Shown in pieces: positions 59,390 through 64,000 of a stretch of 64,000 bases of DNA (the first letter of the stretch is position 1; every line of letters begins with the position of its first letter). The stretch comes from Acidimicrobiia bacterium (lineage in GTDB: Bacteria > Actinomycetota > Acidimicrobiia > Spongiisociales > ZC4RG35), in the NCBI GenBank assembly GCA_040902845.1, contig JBBDWM010000042.1:73825-137824 (forward strand), in the 5' to 3' direction. Position numbers and translations under genes: made by a program. The notes under the pieces are model-generated. The model ran no database searches, was not told the DNA's origin, and saw only the letters and a program-made list of their open reading frames with translations.

Positions 59390-60039
59390 CCATCAGCAGA
59401 ACTCAACTGACGACCGCGGAGCAACTGCATGTGCGTGAGGGTGCGGAGCGGCTCAAGCGCCGTTTCGAGGGCCAGCTCAACACCGAGACCATCGAACGAT
59501 TCCTCTACGACTCGCTCGACCGACTGCTGGGCCAGGCGCAGACGACAGCGTGGGTGCCCCTTCTGGCGGAGAGGTTCGCCGCCGATCGGGTCAGGGCGAT
59601 GATTCGTCTCGAGTCAGACGTCACGACCCTCAACCCCAGTGTGCTGTTCCTGTGCGTTCACAACGCGGGCCGTTCCCAAATGGCGGCTGGTTTGATGCGA
59701 AAGCTCGCCGGGGAGCAGGTAGACGTGTTCTCTGGTGGCTCAGAACCGGCGGATACGGTGAATCAGGCGGCGGTTGCCGCCATGGCCGAGGTAGGGATCG
59801 ACATCAGCAGGGAGATCCCCCAGCCCTGGGCCGACGAGATCGTTCGCGCTGCCGATGTGGTGGTGACCATGGGATGTGGGGATGCCTGTCCCATCTACCC
59901 CGGGAAGAAGTACGTCGACTGGGAGCTCGACGATCCATCTGGAAAGTCCGTCGATGAGGTGCGCCCGATCCGAGACGAGCTGGAAATACGGGTGCGGGCC
60001 CTCATGGGGGAGCTGGGGGTTACTCCCGTCGAGAGCTGA
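59386..60039 (+). CDS. arsC: thioredoxin-coupled arsenate reductase (LMW-PTP family) with an 85-aa N-terminal extension
   Basis: CVHNAGRS P-loop, GCGDACP redox Cys pair, DDP motif. Overlaps the upstream gene by 4 nt. Confidence 0.75.
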   Translation: MTISRTQLTTAEQLHVREGAERLKRRFEGQLNTETIERFLYDSLDRLLGQAQTTAWVPLLAERFAADRVRAMIRLESDVTTLNPSVLFLCVHNAGRSQMAAGLMRKLAGEQVDVFSGGSEPADTVNQAAVAAMAEVGIDISREIPQPWADEIVRAADVVVTMGCGDACPIYPGKKYVDWELDDPSGKSVDEVRPIRDELEIRVRALMGELGVTPVES

Positions 60040-60059
60040 ACCGAAAGTCTTCACGCTGC

Positions 60060-60090
60060 TCATATCATCTTGATATCATCGTGATATGAC
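60060..60090. promoter_or_regulatory. near-perfect palindrome TCATATCATCTTGATATCATCGTGATATGA (operator candidate)
   Basis: Direct reading. Lies 15-45 nt upstream of the SPFH start. Confidence 0.45.
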
Positions 60091-60103
60091 AGAAAGGCAA
60101 TCG

Positions 60104-60976
60104 ATGTCCGCCGAGCGGTTGATCGTCGGTATTTCCGGCTGGTTGATGGCAAGTGTCGCCCTGGTCCTCCTGTTGGGTGGGGCTGTCGCTTTCGTGGTGG
60201 CCCTGGAGCAAGAGAACGGGTTGTTGATTGCAACCTGTGGGCTGGCCCTCCTGATCGGTTCCGCGCTGATTCCAGGGCTCTTCGTCAATCAGCCGAATCA
60301 GTCGCGGGTGGTGACCCTCTTCGGTCGCTATCTGGGGACGGTGCGGGAAAACGGTTTTCGGTGGGTCAACCCGTTGACGCAGCGCATGCCGGTGTCGCTT
60401 CGAATCCGGACCTTCGACTCGGATGTGTTGAAGGTGAACGATGCCGTGGGCAATCCGGTAGAGATCGCGTCTGTGATCAACTGGCAAGTGGTGGACACCG
60501 CCCGGGCGGCATTCGACGTCGAGGATTACGAGCATTTCGTCAAGGTGCAGTCGGAGGCGGCGATCCGTCACGTGGCAAGCGAATACCCCTACGACAATAT
60601 CGAGGACGAAGGCCCTTCATTGAGGGCCAACGCCGACGATGTGACCGCCACCCTGCAGCGCGAACTCCAAGACCGATTGGACGAGGCTGGGGTGTCGGTG
60701 CGCGATTGCCGTTTGCGCCGGCTGGCCTATGCCCCCGAGATCGCCGGTGAGATGCTGCGTCGCCAACAAGCTGGAGCCGTGATTGCAGCCCGCAAGCTGA
60801 TCGTGAAGGGTGCGGTGACCATGGTCCAGGACGCTTTGAAGCAGCTTGCAGACGAGAACATCGTCGAGTTGGACGAGGAGCGCAAAGCCGCCATGGTGTC
60901 CAACCTGATGGTGGTCCTCACGGGAGATCGCAGCGTCCAGCCTGTGGTCAACACCGGCACCCTTTATCCGGGATGA
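60104..60976 (+). CDS. SPFH/band-7 domain protein
   Basis: N-terminal TM region plus an SPFH domain. Start at ATG 60104 is preferred (SD AAAGG); 60086 is the alternative. Confidence 0.8.
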   Translation: MSAERLIVGISGWLMASVALVLLLGGAVAFVVALEQENGLLIATCGLALLIGSALIPGLFVNQPNQSRVVTLFGRYLGTVRENGFRWVNPLTQRMPVSLRIRTFDSDVLKVNDAVGNPVEIASVINWQVVDTARAAFDVEDYEHFVKVQSEAAIRHVASEYPYDNIEDEGPSLRANADDVTATLQRELQDRLDEAGVSVRDCRLRRLAYAPEIAGEMLRRQQAGAVIAARKLIVKGAVTMVQDALKQLADENIVELDEERKAAMVSNLMVVLTGDRSVQPVVNTGTLYPG

Positions 60977-61155
60977 CGGATCGCAAGAGTTTTCTCTTGC
61001 GCATCAATCCGAGGCTGCATCGGGTTCTGGAACGATGGGCAGCCGAAGACCTGCGCAGTCTCAACAGCCAGATCGAGTTCCTCCTGGTCGAGGCGGCGAG
61101 GAAGAACGGGAGGTGGGGTGTCGATGATTCGGTTAGGGATCGAGACGAGGATTGA
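60973..61155 (+). CDS. ribbon-helix-helix (Arc/CopG-like) protein
   Basis: [33 protein letters not shown] fits the beta-strand plus two-helix RHH pattern. ATGA overlap with the SPFH gene. Confidence 0.55.
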   Translation: MTDRKSFLLRINPRLHRVLERWAAEDLRSLNSQIEFLLVEAARKNGRWGVDDSVRDRDED

Positions 61156-61161
61156 ACTGGC

Positions 61162-62397
61162 TCAGAGGTCAGCCAGCGCTTCCAGGACCCGGTCGACCTC
61201 GGCGGCCGTGTTGTAGTGGACGAACCCGACCCGGACCAGACCGCCCTCGTCGAGGACCCCGAGCCGATCCATGGCATTGACCGCGTAATAGTGACCGGAC
61301 CAGACGTAGATCCCGGCTCGGGCCATGTGAGCCGCAACCACCTCCGACCGGTGCCCTTCGACCCCGATGGCGAAGGTGGCCACCCGCCGTCGGTCCGCCG
61401 TCGGCACTCCATAGACCTTCACGCCAGGGAACGATGCCACCCCGTCGAGAAACCTCTCCGATAAGGATCGCTCGTGGTCGTTGATCAGGGAATAGGCCTG
61501 CACCAGGTGTTCCCGTCGCGACCCAGCGGTGTCTCCGGCGAGCCCAGCCAGGTATTCGACGGTGGCGGTGACTCCGGCCATCGATTCGAAGGACTGGGTG
61601 CCGGTCTCCAGCTTCCCGGGAGGGTCGGAGGGCGCCGGGCGAACCTTGTAGGCGTCGAGGCCTTCCAGACGATCCAGCCTGCCGTAGAGGATCCCGGTGT
61701 GAGGGCCGAAGAACTTGTAGGACGAGGCGACCAGGAAGTCACAGTCGAACGCCTTGACATCGAGGAGCCGATGAGGACAGGCGTGGACCGCGTCCAAATA
61801 GACCAGGGCACCCGATTCGTGGGCCATCGCAGCAATGGTCCCCACATCGACAACCGTGCCGATCGCATTGGAGGCGACACAGACCGCCACCAAGCGGACC
61901 CTGTCGTCGAGCAAGCGGCCCACCGCCGAAGGATCGAGTTCACCGGTGACCGGGTCAAACTCGGCGATGCGCACCTCGGCTCCCGCATCCGCGGTGGCCC
62001 GCACCCAGGGGGTGTAGTTGGCGTCGTGGTCGAGACTGGTGACCACGACGGCGTCACCCGGCGCCCAGGTGGTGGCGAGGGCTCGGCTCACCGCAAACGT
62101 GATGCTGGTCATGTTCTGGCCAAACGAGATCTCGTTGGGATCGGCGTTGAACATGTCCGCCATCGCCCGACGGGCCTCGGCGGTGATGAGGTCTGCGTAA
62201 TCCGAGGTGGTGAACCCGCCACCGCTGTTGCTGATGCCGTCGCGGAGGACTGCCGACATGGCATCGATGACCTGTTGGGAGACCTGGGTCCCGCCCGGGC
62301 CATCCAGGTACGCCGCCTGTCGGGTGCCTTCAAGGCGGTTCAAGGCAGGGAACCGGGCGCGGACGGCCTCGACGTCCAAAGATGTCGTCAGACTCAT
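61162..62397 (-). CDS. class V aminotransferase (cysteine desulfurase-like)
   Basis: 411 aa from the internal ATG (MSLTTSLDVEAV...). PLP-fold pattern with SSYKFFGPHTG. The reading frame stays open upstream into a kinase remnant. Confidence 0.7.
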   Translation of the reverse strand: MSLTTSLDVEAVRARFPALNRLEGTRQAAYLDGPGGTQVSQQVIDAMSAVLRDGISNSGGGFTTSDYADLITAEARRAMADMFNADPNEISFGQNMTSITFAVSRALATTWAPGDAVVVTSLDHDANYTPWVRATADAGAEVRIAEFDPVTGELDPSAVGRLLDDRVRLVAVCVASNAIGTVVDVGTIAAMAHESGALVYLDAVHACPHRLLDVKAFDCDFLVASSYKFFGPHTGILYGRLDRLEGLDAYKVRPAPSDPPGKLETGTQSFESMAGVTATVEYLAGLAGDTAGSRREHLVQAYSLINDHERSLSERFLDGVASFPGVKVYGVPTADRRRVATFAIGVEGHRSEVVAAHMARAGIYVWSGHYYAVNAMDRLGVLDEGGLVRVGFVHYNTAAEVDRVLEALADL

Positions 62398-63404
62398 GAT
62401 GTCTGTGTAGCAGCCGTCGACCTCGACCGCCCAAGAGGCGAGAGAGTCGAGTATCTCGTCGATCACGGCGATGGTCAGCGGGCGCTCGAGGTGCATCTCG
62501 AAGCGGGCGATGGCATGGGCCCGGTCGGCTTCGATGGAGGCCGGGTCGAGCCATTCCACTGCCGCGGCTTCGACAAAATGGCTGAATTGGGCAATGACCA
62601 TGCTGAAATCAGCGCGGCTCCGCAGCCGGCCCGGGCCACCCGCCTCCCGGTATGCGCCAACCAGAGCGGCGCCCCGTGCCTTGTCGCGGTATCCGAAGTC
62701 AAAGACGGGCATGGCTAACTCATGGCTTGGATCCTCGAGACCGCAGTTCTCCCAATCGACAACGTAGAGGCCACCGCCGGGAGTAGGGAGGATGTTGTCG
62801 GCCCAGAGGTCACGATGACAGCCTCCGCGGTGCTTCGATCAAAGCCTCGAGATCCATGAGATTGGGTAGCTCGGCGGAGAAACTTTCGGCAAAAGGGGCT
62901 TTGGCGTCGGTCAACTCGCGGTCCAGTTGACTCCAGCGGTCCACCCCGACCGGGTCGGTGTACCACCCATCGAGTGGTCGGGTCGTGGCCGATCCGGTGA
63001 ATCGCAGCCACGGTTTCGCCCACCAGCACCGGATCGAGGTCGACCGTCATCGGGAGCAGGTCGACCCACTCATACACTCGGACGCGACGTTCGCCAGCAT
63101 TCCCGAGAATGGTGCCGTTGAGCGGTCTCATCGGCTGGGGCATCGGGACCGACCCGGATGCCAGCACCTTCTCCTGATAGTCGAAATCGGCGGCGGCCTC
63201 CTTCTCGATCAACTCTTGAAATGACTCCTTGACCGCATAGATCCCGCGAGCGGTGTCGAGATGCCACACCTTCCCCTGCTCACCCCGGGCGGCGACTTCG
63301 AACCTGGTCGGCGACCCCAGTCCAAAGTCCGCGGCGATCTGATGCCAAACCGCCGCCCCGGATCCGCACCCAAGAAGGGTCGGTCGACCCTCCCCGGCGT
63401 TCAA
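62398..63404 (-). pseudogene. APH/choline-kinase-like phosphotransferase, frameshifted (pieces in three frames)
   Basis: Hand-translated pieces: ...VAAIHRIGHDPTT / PLDGWYTDPVGVDRWSQLDRELTDAKAPFAESFSAELPNLMDLEALIEAPRR / HRDLWADNILPTPGGGLYVVDWENCGLEDPSHELA... The last frame continues without a stop into the aminotransferase. Confidence 0.5.
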
Positions 63405-63434
63405 GGAAAACGGCCAGATTTCCGATTAGATGCC

Positions 63435-64000
63435 ATGACTCCCTTATCAGGCCTAACCATGCCTGAAGTTGGGTCGGAAGAACCCGACCGTCGGACCTCT
63501 AAGGACAGGCTGAGCCTGGGGATTCGGCCGGCATTGATTGCTGCCGTCGTGGTAGCGGTGACGGCCGGCGCCCTGTTCGGAGCCGTCCAGTTGAGTCGAA
63601 ACGTGGCGCGAGCCACGGTCGAGCTCCACAACGCCGACGAGGCAGCGAGGGCGGCCACGGTTGTCCGCTCCCACATCGCCCTTGCTGCATTGGGGTCCGA
63701 GGATCAGCAGCAACTCTCGGCACAAGAGGCGACAACTGCGTTGGAGGCTCTCAACTACTCGCTGGCGAATCTCGAAGGGTCAGCCGACGCTGCAGCTTCG
63801 TTGGTGGCCGGTCTGAGGTTTGCTGACGCCGCCGGAGAGATCGTCGACACCATCGGAACGGTGGCGGTCGACCAGGAGACAGCCGATCTCCGATTTCAGG
63901 AGATGATGGCCGACCTCGACCAGCTCCGAGTCGGCTTGGTGGCCTACGTCGATCTCTTGAGTTCGTCCTACAGCGCGCTCGGCATCGTTCTCGGCGTGGC
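63435..64000 (+). CDS. membrane protein with TM - helical extracytoplasmic domain - TM (sensor-like), partial at window end
   Basis: ATG at 63435, open to the end of the window. Hydrophobic helices at residues about 30-50 and at the end. Confidence 0.35.
   Translation, partial: MTPLSGLTMPEVGSEEPDRRTSKDRLSLGIRPALIAAVVVAVTAGALFGAVQLSRNVARATVELHNADEAARAATVVRSHIALAALGSEDQQQLSAQEATTALEALNYSLANLEGSADAAASLVAGLRFADAAGEIVDTIGTVAVDQETADLRFQEMMADLDQLRVGLVAYVDLLSSSYSALGIVLGV

Overview
High-GC actinobacterial chromosome segment spanning the replication origin. Gene order around oriC reproduces the mycobacterial pattern: pseudokinase - sigM-like ECF sigma - anti-sigma - trxB - trxA - cwlM - parB - parA - rsmG - jag - yidC - yidD - rnpA - rpmH - oriC - dnaA - dnaN - recF - dciA(DUF721) - gyrB - gyrA - DUF3566. 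The left half holds housekeeping genes: suhB-like, an amidohydrolase, an M3 peptidase, copZ-copA, PAC2, cimA, thrB, a CDF transporter, tRNA-Gly-dcd, the rpsF-ssb-rpsR-rplI-dnaB operon, panB, nfo, pyrE, uppS, pepP, argH-argG and cca. Interspersed are accessory and decaying pieces: an IS3 transposase remnant next to two tandem orphan sensor histidine kinases and a truncated HD-domain fragment, an orphan pilT with HDAC-like and GNAT genes, and a DUF559/AbiEi-like gene bracketed by a palindromic repeat family. The right end holds an arsR-arsC fusion plus a second arsC, an SPFH-RHH pair, a frameshifted VOC gene, and an APH-like kinase pseudogene running in-frame into a class V aminotransferase. The most notable things not explained by ordinary gene calls are: (1) a leaderless 14-codon peptide ending His-Ile-Ile-Ile plus a terminator hairpin upstream of citramalate synthase, which looks like an isoleucine attenuator; (2) a roughly 55-bp palindromic MITE/REP-like element with 13-bp termini CCGTAATTGGGA...TCCCAATTACGG in four copies, two bracketing the DUF559 gene and all abutting stop codons; (3) tandem GTATTGC heptamer arrays at two intergenic loci; (4) a 33-bp tandem repeat encoding an ERERKEEGEKY-repeat micro-protein; (5) a standalone MviN-type pseudokinase/extracellular module without the MurJ domain; (6) operator-like palindromes upstream of the arsR-arsC and SPFH-RHH operons; (7) a tiny bS22-like ribosomal protein gene. 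All coordinates were derived by hand from the sequence and may be off by 1-2 nt. No database searches were run.
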